A stretch of DNA of 30,483 nt from a virus (lineage: Duplodnaviria > Caudoviricetes): the IMG/VR virus record IMGVR_UViG_3300005805_000314, positions 1-30,483 of that record. One strand, given 5' to 3'. A program made the position numbers and the translations under genes. Position 1 is the first letter of the stretch. Each line of letters begins with the position of its first letter. This document shows positions 1-12,300 of this stretch, one piece after another. The notes beneath the pieces are model-generated. The model was not told the DNA's origin, did not search any database, and was given only the letters and a program-made list of their open reading frames with translations.

Positions 1-76
1 ACGTACCACATGGTACATGTACTCCTACATCCTATGAGCGTGTCCGCATAGGTACGGTGTTAGCGACAGCTAACAT

Positions 77-104
77 CCCCGCCCTTGGTTTCCCAAGAGC
101 GGGG
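77..104 (-). terminator. Stable stem-loop downstream of the small membrane-protein gene (terminator-like or RNA-processing hairpin)
   Basis: Minus strand reads CCCCGCTCTTGG-GAAA-CCAAGGGCGGGG: a 12-bp stem (one G-U pair) with a GAAA tetraloop, 10 nt after the stop at 114. The following U-tract is weak (ATGTT). Confidence 0.5.
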
Positions 105-113
105 GGTTGGTTG

Positions 114-275
114 TCACTCGCACACCTCCATCACCACCTGACAACACATCAGCAGGCACAGAGACGTGCACATGATTGCCCATTCCAGGGTGACTGCATT
201 CATTGCAGTCACCAGGAACAGTAATCCAACCACGGTCCATACCGTGATCTTCAGGGCCTTCCACAAACGACGCAT
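114..275 (-). CDS. Small hydrophobic (1-2 TM) hypothetical protein, 53 aa
   Basis: Start moved from the ORF-track position 341 to the ATG at 275, which has a strong SD (AAAGGAG-CTGAT-ATG). Product MRRLWKALKITVWTVVGLLFLVTAMNAVTLEWAIMCTSLCLLMCCQVVMEVCE has a basic N-terminus followed by hydrophobic segments. A hairpin follows the stop. Confidence 0.55.
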   Translation of the reverse strand: MRRLWKALKITVWTVVGLLFLVTAMNAVTLEWAIMCTSLCLLMCCQVVMEVCE

Positions 276-291
276 ATCAGCTCCTTTCAGC

Positions 292-338
292 TGGGGGTGC
301 GGGGGGTCGCAACGCTGTAAACCCACCACACACCCCCA
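292..338. repeat. GC-rich inverted repeat (TGGGGGTG...CACCCCCA, extendable with mismatches)
   Basis: Perfect 8-bp arms at 292-299 and 331-338, with further imperfect G/C pairing inside. It lies between the giant gene's stop and the next SD. Confidence 0.6.
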
Positions 339-365
339 CAAAAATTTGCGATACCTAAGTCGATT

Positions 366-3300
366 TTACATCGGTGCTTTAATTGGAGTTGTAGCCTGTT
401 GTTTCAACGAAGGAGTATTGGCTTCCTTGAGTTGTTGTGTACTAGGTGGTGTCATTGGTGGTCTAGGTTGAGAAGGTGGTGCTTTAGGTGTTGTACTTGG
501 TGGTCTTACACTTCCCCACGGATCTGTACCTACATTTCTAATTGGCAGTGGAGTTGGTTTTGTACCAACAAACTCTTGTTGGGCAATTCTAAACGGAAGT
601 TCGCTTAGGAATGGAATCATTCTACCAAAAGAATCTACGAATGAGTTTTTGACTTCCCATATTTCTTGTTGGTTAAGATTTCCACCTACCTTATCACTAA
701 GTAACCAAGCATCGGCTAGTGAATATGTAGCAGCAGCAGGACCAGCAAAAAGTGTCTTAAGTGCACTATAGGGAACAAAGTCTGGATTAAGTGCATCTAG
801 CCCAGCTCTAGCAGCAAGTTCTGCTCTCTTGACTTGACTGGTATTTCTACTTAATTTACTACGATTATAGCTATCGGTAATAGAAAAGATCATTTCACTG
901 GTAAAGTTAGCAGTTACACCAAAAATTGGATTTCTTGCCAACAAAGTTTTTACCATTTTCATAGGATCTTTTTTCCATAGGAAATCTTCATGACCTGGTA
1001 GTAATGCAGTTAAAGGAAGTACTCCTAATGCAACCATAAGTAATGCATTATAGATAAGATCAAGAATAGAAACTGCAACAAGTAATGGAACATAGTGTCT
1101 AGTTCTCATCTGCGATCCTCTTCTTAGGATCATCTGAGACATAAACAAATTGGGATATTGTCTATAGAAATTAAATAACAATGTCCAAGCTGAGTTGTTG
1201 GTACCAGAATCCCAGGGATTAGGATCTACTGTTGCAATTTCTCTAAACGCTTTGATTGAGTTGTAAATAGCCTTGGTTGTCTGATAGGCTTGATGCTTAT
1301 CAAACTCAATACCCTTACTTAACAATTCACCTAAATCAGTCCAGTTAGCTGTTTCAATAAATCTTAAGGCAGCTTGGAGATCTAAAGTATTTGGTGTTTC
1401 TTTGCTTCTTACGTTAGCAAGCATCCATTCATAGGTTTCTAATACACCATCAGCAAATAATCCAGCTTTGTTTAATTCCTGCATTAAGTGTGGTTGTAAA
1501 TGTCTTCCTGCAAACCAACCAATTAGCCCTGCTTTTTTCATAGCATCATTTAGTTCGGTTAGGTTTGTAATATTACCTGATCGTATGATTTCTCTTACCT
1601 TGTAAAGACTACCATCTCTTTTGCCTGTTTTGCCATCTCGTAAACCTTCAATAATGATTACTTGTGCTTGTTCAGTTAAACCAGTAATAACAGATTGATA
1701 ACCTCTATTGTTATTTTGTCTAAACCAATCTCTTAACTTTTGCATCTTACTGGCATTGCGATCAAAGACTGTATCTGTAATATGCATTACTTCTCTGGAA
1801 TCTTGCATTGCTCTTTCCATACCAAGCATGAGATTTACAGCTGCTCCTCTTTGCTCTATCAAAGTCATGTTTCTTCCAAAGTAAGAACCAAAGAAAGTTC
1901 CAAATACAGTACTTACAAACTGTAGTGGATTACCCCCATAAACTGTTGAAATATAAGTTCCTAACGCACCTTCCATAAGCAAAGATGCGGTATTGAGATT
2001 GGAGCCATAGGCTAATCTTGTAATATCAGGACCATACTTAGCCATTAGTTGAATCATAACACCAACAGCTGTATCTGATCCAATATGAGATAAACCCTGT
2101 TCAATCTTTAGTTTTTCTCTAATAATATTAATTGAGCTTGTTAAAGCAATACTGTTTTCAGTTTTTAATTCATTAACTATTTGTCCAAGAATATTTAATA
2201 ACTCTTCAATATCATAACCAGCAATACCAGTTGCTTCAAAGATAGCACGTTCACTGGCGGCACGGAAACCTTGTCGCCTTTCAACTTCATATAGATGAAC
2301 ATTGGTTGCATAGGATAAGAAAGGAGCAATGTTTTCATCACTAGCCATATCTTTTCCTGAAATTAATCCCCTAGAACTTAAATAATGTACATCTTCACCA
2401 AGATGGCCAAGTACAAGGCTTGCAAGAACTTCTTCTGGTTTACCTTGTCTAATCAAGGAATCTTTTTGGTAATTAAACGCCGAAATTGGTTGTCTTGAAA
2501 TAACACGGTATGGTAATAACGGATTACCGTCTTTGCTGAATAAACCAGAACCATCTACATTTCTACTTGAGTTAAATAGATTTTTAAAAGAATTTTGTAG
2601 TAATTTGTTTCCTCTAAGATTAAACTTAGCGGCAATATGTGGCAATGAATTAGTTGTTCCAGCAAAATGATAAACATCTTTTACTGCGGCTAAGAATGCT
2701 TCTCTAATTAGAGTTTGACTTTGAGTTCCTTCTGCCACAGTGGTTTCTAGTTTAAAGTCTATTCTTAGTATAGCCCGATTTACAAAATCTCCAGCTTTTC
2801 CACGTTCAATGCCGTTTTGTACTAGTTTTTCGATTGTAGCAAGCCGTAAGAATTCAAACGCATCTGGATATTGTTCTCTAACTCTGTTTAATTCAGATAT
2901 AAAATCAGAAGCAGCTGTTTGGTTTTTGTTGATTCTAGGAATAATTCCAGTTAGATAGAATGCAGTTGGATCAACACGCTCAAGTTTAAGAATATTATGT
3001 CTAATTCTTTGAGCTACTGCTTTAACTAGTTGTTCTCTAGCTAATGCTTGTTTTTCTTTAGAAGCCTTAGAAGACCTAACTTCAGACGATCCAATCATCT
3101 TAATGTTAAGTTGTACAGGAAGCATATCCATATACTGATCGCTGTTGCCAAAGATAAATTGTCTAAGGTTTCCAGAATTTGCCCTTAGACTTTCTGATAA
3201 TTCCTGTGCTTTTTGAATTGCTTCTTTATTACTAGTTATATCTTCAATTTTTCTAGTAATATCCATAGCATCTAAATATGCCCACTGTTGAAGATCTTCA

Positions 3301-6300
3301 AACTCTTTGTTAGTAGAAGCAGCAGTTAGTAACTGTTCTGTTCGATAAGTAACTGCTTCTACCCATTGTCTTGTATAGTTTCTATTTTCTCGAATGCCTT
3401 TTGAACCAGATGAAATCTGATATTGGTGTTGAGTTATACTAAAAGTATCACCAATAATGTGCATAAGAGCTGCAACAGTAGGATCACTACTTTCATAAGT
3501 AAATCTGCTTTTTGTTAAACCAGCTGTTAAAGCAAAACTTCTAGCTCTAGAATCAATAAGTCTAGTAACATTTTGTTCTCCAAAGATTCTATTTGCTACT
3601 GTTCGTGTAAGTCCACCAAAAGTTAGATTTGATCTAGATAGTTTACTAGTACGTTGTAAAGCTTCAGTTACTAGGGTTTGTGCAATTTCTTTCTTTTCAT
3701 CAATACTAAGATCCTCAAAGGGAATATAAGCTCTACCTGGTTCTTCAGTAGTTGGGTCTGTTTGTCTAGCTTCTCGTTTACCACGAAGATCATTATACTT
3801 TGCAACCGAAAAATCCTTAACAGCAATAGCTTGATACTTAACACTTAGTCCTGCAAATTCTTCAGCTTCAGACGCATTTAGAGGTCTTGTTTGTTGTGTT
3901 TCATATAACGACTCTAGTCTTTCAAGTTCACTTTGTTCAATACCTAACGGTTGATTATTTGCATCAACAAGATCTATAATATTAAACAAAGATTGATCGG
4001 CATTGTTTATTTCAACCTGTCTATCTACTGGAGCAGCTAGTCCAAACATTGTAATAGTAATATCCATAATTTGATTTAATACTGGTAAATCAACTTCATG
4101 CATACCTACCGCAATATTTGCTAAATCACGTTGGACATTATGAAATGCTTTTTGCCAAGTATTATGGACATCTAATGCTCCACGGCTTCTTGATTGAACA
4201 AACTTAAGAAGTTCATGACTAGCAAAAGTCTTTTGGATTAGGATCCAAGAACCCCAACTTGCAATGAACTCTTCTGGATTATTACTATAGTAGTCTAAAT
4301 CCTTATCAAATCCTAAATACTTTTTACCATTATTCATGGCTAGCATCATTACTTCAATACTTTGTCGTCCACGCGAAGATTTTACTAAAGCTTCGATTTT
4401 ACGCCACTCAGGACTATTGTCTTGAATAAACGCAAGACGGGCAACGTGTGCCATTTCGTGAGCAAATACACGGACTTGATCCGCAGTGCCCATTAATTTA
4501 AGTGTAGTACTATTTAGTCTAATCTTAAACCGATCTCGACTTTTAATTGCAGTTCCTGCTTGGATACTGTCTTCTGCTTCAGTTTCTAAAGAAAAATACT
4601 GAAGTAGTTGGGGATTATGTTTCATTACCTTAACAATCATTAATCGGTAGAAAACAGCTACTTCTTGGGAAATAACTCCCTCATTAATCAGTTGTTGTAA
4701 CTGGAAATTAATCTTAGCACTTTGACCACCTGGGAAATTGATCTCAAATGCTTGTGGATTATAAGCCGATTCGATTAAATCCTGATCAGCAAGATGTTCA
4801 TAACGAACAACACCAGAATCAAAACTACGCAACAATTCCCTAGCTTCTTCTACTGCTTGATCTATTAAAATTACTTGATCTCCTGATGATTGAGTTGCTG
4901 GTTCCCATGTATTGTGTCTACCTAAAATAGTACTTGCAGAAACGTTTACAGGTGAACCTTGTCGTTTAATTCTAGGAATTAAACCATGAACATTTCCAAG
5001 AGCGGCAGATTCTGGATTACCATCTAAAAGTTTCAACGCAGGAGCAAGATAAGGATTACGTCCTTTAATTCTTGCATGGTTAATTGTATCCATGTTTACT
5101 AACATCTTATTAGCCATGTTGTCTATCTGATCCCATTCTTCATCTGTCAAGGATTCGACACCAGCAGCTTCGGCTGTAAGTAAACGTTCTTGTTCAGGTG
5201 TTAAGTTAGTTACGTTTTGTCGTAAAAAGATTAAGAATGACGTAACTCTTGTAAACTTTTGACCAGACTGATAAAATTCTTCTAGTTCTGTTACAACAGG
5301 TTTAAGAATTGGATAACGCTTACCCCTTTGAATTGCAACTCTAATTGTACTAGTAATGGCTGTTCCGTATGGAGTTAATCCATTGTAACTTGGTTGCATG
5401 TTATCGACATGTGTTCTACCGTCATCAATAGCATAATAGAATGCATCGTATGGATTTAAGGTTAAACCTAGTTCATCTCTTAGTTCGGATTGTCCATCTT
5501 TTACTAATAACTTTAATCCATTCTTAGGATCTAATCCATGAAGGTGCTCAAGAATTTCTGTTTCTTCAGCAATTTCTTGTAAGAATCTTTCGTTATATTC
5601 TCCAAAGCGTTGTCTTTGTAGGGCTTGAACTCTTGTTCCAGTACCTAAGAATTTTCCTGTTTGTAGTGCTGTTTCTAGTTTTTCAAGCATTGGTTGGTTT
5701 CGACTACCAACTAACATTTTCTTTAAACCTTCAGCTGTCAAAAGTACAGTAACTTCTTTTGGTCCAACCTTAACTGGATTTGTGGTTGGTGTACCTAAAC
5801 CTGGACGCAAACCAACATAGTTATTATTTGGATTTTCAGGGTCAGTACTTGGTTTAGAAGCCGCTCTACTAAGCGTCCAGTTAGATACTTCTCCAGTAAG
5901 AATATCAACTGTAATATACAGATTAAGGTTGTCAACCGCTGATAGGATTAACTCTGGATCACTAAAGATTGCTTCTGTAATGTGATTATCCCATTCTCTA
6001 GGAATAGAGGAAAGAATAATAAACCCTTGTTGATCTGTTTTAAAATCAAGTCCAAGTTGTTTAGCATAATCAGTTGCTGCTCTTTTAATTCGATCATCAG
6101 CTAATACTTCTAGTATTAATTGAGCAATGTCACGACCTTGTACAAACAATGGTTTAGTCATTGTATATGATTTTTTAAATACATCTATATCTTCACCTTT
6201 ACCAGAAATAACCATATATTCGGTGGGTGAAAGACCATATTTTAAAGCATTTGCTGAAGTAATACCTAGTCTACCTAGTTTAACAATAGCATCGTACCAT

Positions 6301-9300
6301 CGCATGTTTTTACCTAAACTGTCTTTAAACAAATCAGGATCAATAGAAATTTCTTTTACTAAATCAAGAATATTAGTTTCTTTTTTAGCCATATCTCTCT
6401 GATACTTAGTTAAAGTATGGATATCTACAACAAAGTTTCGATGGTCCATTTGTAATTCACGCAGTGATACACCTGTTTTAGCATGGTATCGTAGCATTCT
6501 AGCATAACGCAATGATTTACGATGAATCTTATAAATCTGATACAATCTAGCATATTGTTTAGTTTTGACTAAATCTTCTAATCCAGCTTCAATTGCAAAT
6601 TGATCTAAAATAAACTTAGTCTTATTAATTTTGACTGTAATAGGTAAATCAGTATCAGTAAAAATCGTAGCTAAAGAGTTATTAGAAATAGGAATAAAAG
6701 GAAGTTGATCTGGATTATAAACACTAGATCCTGGTTTACGTTCTTCAAAAATTTGTTGTAGTGTTTTACCTTTAGCTTTGGCTTTATCTAATCCTAGTCT
6801 AATGGCACCAGCTTTTTCTCTCATTTGTTTTGATTTAATGTGGATAGAATATAAACCGTGTACAGCTGCGTCAAGAATATCTTGATCTGCAATACGAGGA
6901 ATAAAACCACCTAAACCCTTTGCATCTTTATTTGTAATAATGGTATCCTGAGCTGAATTAGGCATAGCTAATAAACGAATACCTTCTCTTTTCATAAATG
7001 GAACAGAATTGCTTTGAATATAAGAATCAATCTCGTCATCAGTCATTTCTTTTCTATCTTTGTCATCTCGGAATCGGTCTTGTTGTTTTAAGTATAATTC
7101 CTTAAACTGTTGTCGTTTTGGTCCTCCTCTTGCTAACTGACGTAAATCAAATGATCTTTCAATTTCACTTCTGGTTTGCCAATCCCTAAAGAAATTTTCT
7201 CTAGATTCTTCTTTTTTCCAGTCATATCCAAGGAAGTCTGGTGGGTATTGTGTAGCAAGTCTAATAGCATAGTCTTGAATAGCTAAATCTTCAGCTTTTT
7301 TACGAGCATCTTCAGGAGACAATCCATGATATGGGTGATCTTTAGTAATTTCCCAAAGGCTATTAACAATTGAACTATCCCAATCTAGTTTACCATTTTT
7401 ATCATATTCTAGTCTAAAGCCTTTACTTAGATCTGAGGATTGAAGATTAGTTAGATAATTGCCTGGGTAAGTCATTCTAGAATTACCAGTTCCTAATCCT
7501 GTGGTCATAAATACAATAAAGTTATCAAACATTACATCATCAGGAGAAATATATCTACCTAACTTAACCATAGCCTCTAGGAAATGTTCTTCTGAACTGT
7601 TTAATCTGTATCCAGCACCTTGAATTTTAGTTAGGAATAGTAAAGTTGCTTGTTGTTTGTACTGTTGTTCTCCTCCAGCTAAAGCAACCATTACTTCTCG
7701 TTCTAAATCACTTCCTTTTACAAAACCCCGACCCGTTGAAACATTATTAGATGTTTTATGGGCCTCATCAATTATTTTTTCAGCTTGTTTAATTCTACCA
7801 CTCCATTTAGCAAGAATTTGTTTTTTCTTTTCTTGAACTAAACGTTCGGTTTCGTCCCTAACTGCCATTCTTTTCTTTTCATCAGACATTTTATTGTAGT
7901 TAGGGATTGTTCTAGGCTCCAGTGGTGGAATACTTAAACGAGCTACATACTCAATTCTAGCCATAATAGCTTTTCTCATTACTTCAATTGAAATAATATC
8001 ATTTCGTAGTAATGTATCGTTGTCTAGAATATTTTGAATATCAATAGCATACTTATCAACTAATTGCTCTGTGTCACTCATTAACGCACCAGTTAATTTA
8101 GAAACAAGATTTGCATCCATACCTAGAATATCGTCAATTAAACGCCCTTGAACAATAATTGAAGATTGGGTTAAGGTTTGAGCAATAATTTCAATTTGAC
8201 GGTTTGTTAAGTTATTTAATGGATCTCCAACTTTAGCAGATCGTTTGGATCTGAGTTGTTTGATAACACCTTCTTTACCACCACTATAGATAACTGGAAT
8301 TACAACACCCTTAAAGAAATCTCTAGTTGTAGTTGAGCTATTTAGTATTTCTTCAATTCCATCAATTTCTTCTAAGTCTTTTTGTCTATTTGAACTTTCC
8401 CATTTAGAAGAAGGATCAGCTACTATTTCTCTTAAGGTAGTTAATTTTTCTCTAAATACAGTATCTGTTTTAGTATAGTAATCAGTTAATTGATTTTTAC
8501 TTACACCTAATTCCCCACCGTTTCTAATTTCAAGTAGCTTTGTAAGTAAACTAACAGAATCTGGAAAGTATGCTCTTTGCATTACAAGTAAATGGTGAAT
8601 ACCGCTATTTGTATCATCCCAATATGTAGCTTTTGAAAAACCCATACCTTTTCTGACAGCTTCTCTAGCATCTCGTAATGACGCTTCAACTAATTCTCTA
8701 CTTGCGTTTATTTTTTTAGAATTTTGGTCTAAATAAAACTGAGGATTGACTAAATAGTGAGCAACTAAAGATGAAATTCCAGTAAATAAAGTTCTACCAG
8801 AAGGACCACCAGCCGAAAGAGCAGGATCTAAGATATAACTTGGTTGTTCTAGTACTAATTCAGTATCTCTAGGCGTATTTTTTGAATCGTGAACTAAAGT
8901 TGCAATGTATTGTGGAAGTTGTAAAGCAGCTTCCAGTGACATTTCAATTTCTTCTTCCATTGTTGGAATTCTAGTATAGATATCTTTATTATTTACACGA
9001 CTAAATAAACCATATCTCTGAACTCTACCTTGATCTAAACGCATTTCATCTAATAATGCAGTATAGTTATCAAACTCTTGTTTAGCTTCGTCAAATACTT
9101 TCTTTTGTTTAGCTTTTGTTTTTTGAAGTTCTGCTAGTTTTTCTTCATTAGTTTCTTTTCTAATGTCTTTTTCAGTTTGACGTAGTTCTTTCTTAGCATT
9201 TATTACTTTGTTTTGTAATTCTGCATAACGATTTTCAGCAATAAACTTTTTCCATGCTTCTCTTTCAGGATCTCCAATTTTAGCGTTTAGAATTGCTTTA

Positions 9301-12300
9301 TAACGCTTACGGAGTGCCCAGTCACTATGGAGCCTTTCCTGCTCAAAACGGCTTAAAGGTGAAAAGAATGACACATTCGTTGGCTTTAGAGGCAAATACT
9401 CTCGTTTGGTAATTTCACCCTCTAAGGATTCAACATCCAACACATCTCCAGCAGCATCTTTTTCTTCTTTTACTCTATCTACTTCTTCCATAGTTGAGTC
9501 AATGCTTTGAGTTAGGGTATTACCTTCTCGCACAAAGCCTAAAACAATCTGAGCAAAGCCACGCCCAAGTTGGGATGCTGGGATATAGTCAAATACCCCA
9601 TTACCATAATCTTCAAAAGTATATTCTTTGTTATTAAACAGTTTATTTACAAACTTAAACAACTCTCCAATATAGTTTTCTAAACTTTCGTTATTTGTCC
9701 CGTCAATTTCTCTAAATCCAACAATAACAGCAAACTTTTGAATATAAGAAGCCATTGAAGAACTACGCTTATAAGCATCAAATGTAGCAACAAATGAGTC
9801 ATGTACTCTATTTAGGTATGCTTGTACACTGTTTGTAAGAATTGGAGAAAGTTCTTTTGTTCTAACATCGCGTGACCAATCAGTAATAAACTTATTTCCA
9901 AACTTAGCGCGTTGTTCACGTTTAACAACCATGTAACCATCATGGTCAAGTTGTGAAAGCCTTAATACAAAATCGTAATGCTTGCTGATTTGATCTGGGG
10001 TTTGAATCAAGCCTTCTAAGATTCTGTGGATTTCGCTTGGATTAGTTTCATTGATAGCAAGAATTAGTAGATTAATTACTAGGTTTTGAACCTCAGTTAA
10101 ATCATACATTAATTCTGAACCAAGATTATATCCTAAATTATTTCTAATATTTTGGAATGGTTGGATATCATAAAGATGGTGAATTCCTTTATATCCAGCA
10201 TGGAATCCAACTCCAGGGTTTCCTGTATCAAACCAAAGTGGAACTACTTGTTGAATTTTAACGGTTTGTTCTCTTTGGTTGTCAGCAGGTCCTGATAATA
10301 CTCTCATTTCGGTATTAGCTTTTGAAACCATCTGTTGCAAGACGATTCCACTGGTTAAAGCCGATGCTGTTAGATTTTCACTGTATTCTACAGATGTCGA
10401 ATCAAGGGTAGATAGATCCTCTACTACGCCTTTAAACCCAGAAGTATAATAGGCTCTAGCTAAGTTGTTAAGGCTTGCTGGTCTATTGCGTGAGAAATTG
10501 GATGTAGGAGCTCCCCTAAACGCTAATAGAGCCGTATCAAACACTCTTAGGGATATGGTGAGTAGTTTTTGTAGGTCGCCTGAGTTAACCGCTAATGCGT
10601 TTATATCGCCGTTACGACCTAGGATATTATGGCCTACAACTTTAAATCCTTTGTTTTGAAACTCAGCTAAGATATTAATAGCACTGTTGATTTCTTCTGA
10701 ATTTAAGAATTGTCCACTAGATGGTTTAAATGAATGGACTACTCTTTCCTCATTACTCATAGTAACAATAGAAATACCATTAACTTTGTTTGTTTTAGGA
10801 TCAATACCAACTTTAAAAGTGATTAAATGATTAAAATCAAACATAAAGTTTGGATTTTGGAATTCTGGTAATTTTTGAATTTCTTCGTCAGAGTATCCAT
10901 ATGCCTTTAGAGATTGTCTTAAAATTTCTAGTTTTTTATCTGGATCGTGACTAAACTCTAGTTGATCCATATCCAACTCTTGTGGATTTGTTATTGTAGA
11001 ATCAAATAACGTAAACAAACTCTGGGCATCTGTACCTAGTGCTGCAATTAACGCCCACTCTGGAATAACGCCATTAAATCTTGGTGACAAACTTAAAGTG
11101 TTAAGACGACCTAAAACGTTTCTTAGATCTACAATAAAAGCATTCTTATCCTGTGCTGTAGTAAGGTTATACTGCTTTCCAGTAACCGCTTGACTAGCCT
11201 CTGTAAAAGATCTTGTTGTTGGTTGTGGGTCTTCTGGATTTACACCAGAAATTAGTTTACGATCTCCTGCTACAATAATATCTTGGACTTGTTTAGCTTC
11301 TTCTAAATCAAAGCTATTATCAAAAATGTTTTCTCTTTCCATTTCTGACCAAATATCAAAGATTTTATTCATATCTTCTTTAGTAATGAATTCTTTTAAT
11401 TGGGTATTTGGTTTTGTTGAATCGGTTTTAACTTCAGATCCATCTGGGTTTGTTGCGGTTTCTTTAAACATTGCTTGAATAACAGGCAAAGTAGTTATAT
11501 CCTTACCAAACAATCTTATAGCTTCAGGCAAAGTAAACTTATCGTCATCCTTGGCATTTTTAATTGTTTGTTTAACAAACTGAATTCGATCTCTAACTCG
11601 GATAGCTCGTTGTTTAATATCTCGTAAAGAAGATGCAAAGAAATCTGGTTTTACACCAAAAGTTGAAACCACAGCCTGGGCAAAATAAAGATCAGCATTA
11701 GAGTCATCTAATTTATCAATCTTTATTTTCAAATCTGTAATACGTTTAGATGTACTTTGTCGAATTTCTTTTTGTCTTTCGCTCTCAACCTGACTAAGTT
11801 CTGCTTGTAATTTTCTGACTTCAGAAGCTAATTCTCTCATTTCTTTTTGAAAATCTTCATTTGCTTGCATTTCTTCTTCTTCAGTCAGTTCGGCATCTTC
11901 TTCCATAAACAACTTTCGTTTATTCTTTGCTTGGATAGATAAAGCCAAAATCTTTTGTTCTATTTTTGCTTGGTTTTTAGCAGTCTCTTTGTCTCCAACC
12001 TCTAATAACGCCTCTAATAAAGCAATTTCCATTAACAACTTTTCTCTTTTTTTACTATTGTCTTGAATAGCATTCCAGTCAATTTTAAGTTGACTAGAGA
12101 CAAGTTGTGCTTTTCTCATATTCTTTAAAGCTGCCTCTAGTTTTTCAATTTGTTTTGTATCTTTTCGCTGCTTAGCTGCTTCTAAACTATTTTCTAAAAG
12201 TTCCATAGCAGTAATAGTTCGATCCGCTGGAGTAGCGGTAATTAAATCCATAACATATTTTAAACGCTCAACACTTACACGAGCTTTGTTAGATGTAAGT

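Noticed and set aside
70-264. 64-aa minus-strand ORF overlapping the 53-aa membrane ORF
   Set aside because: It lacks a well-spaced SD and runs through the 77-104 hairpin. The 114-275 frame has the strong SD.
9060-9240. K/E-rich coiled-coil segments in the giant protein (also aa ~140-310) suggesting SMC or tape-measure identity
   Set aside because: These are low-complexity heptad segments without Walker motifs. They are better explained as linkers or stalks within the polyprotein.
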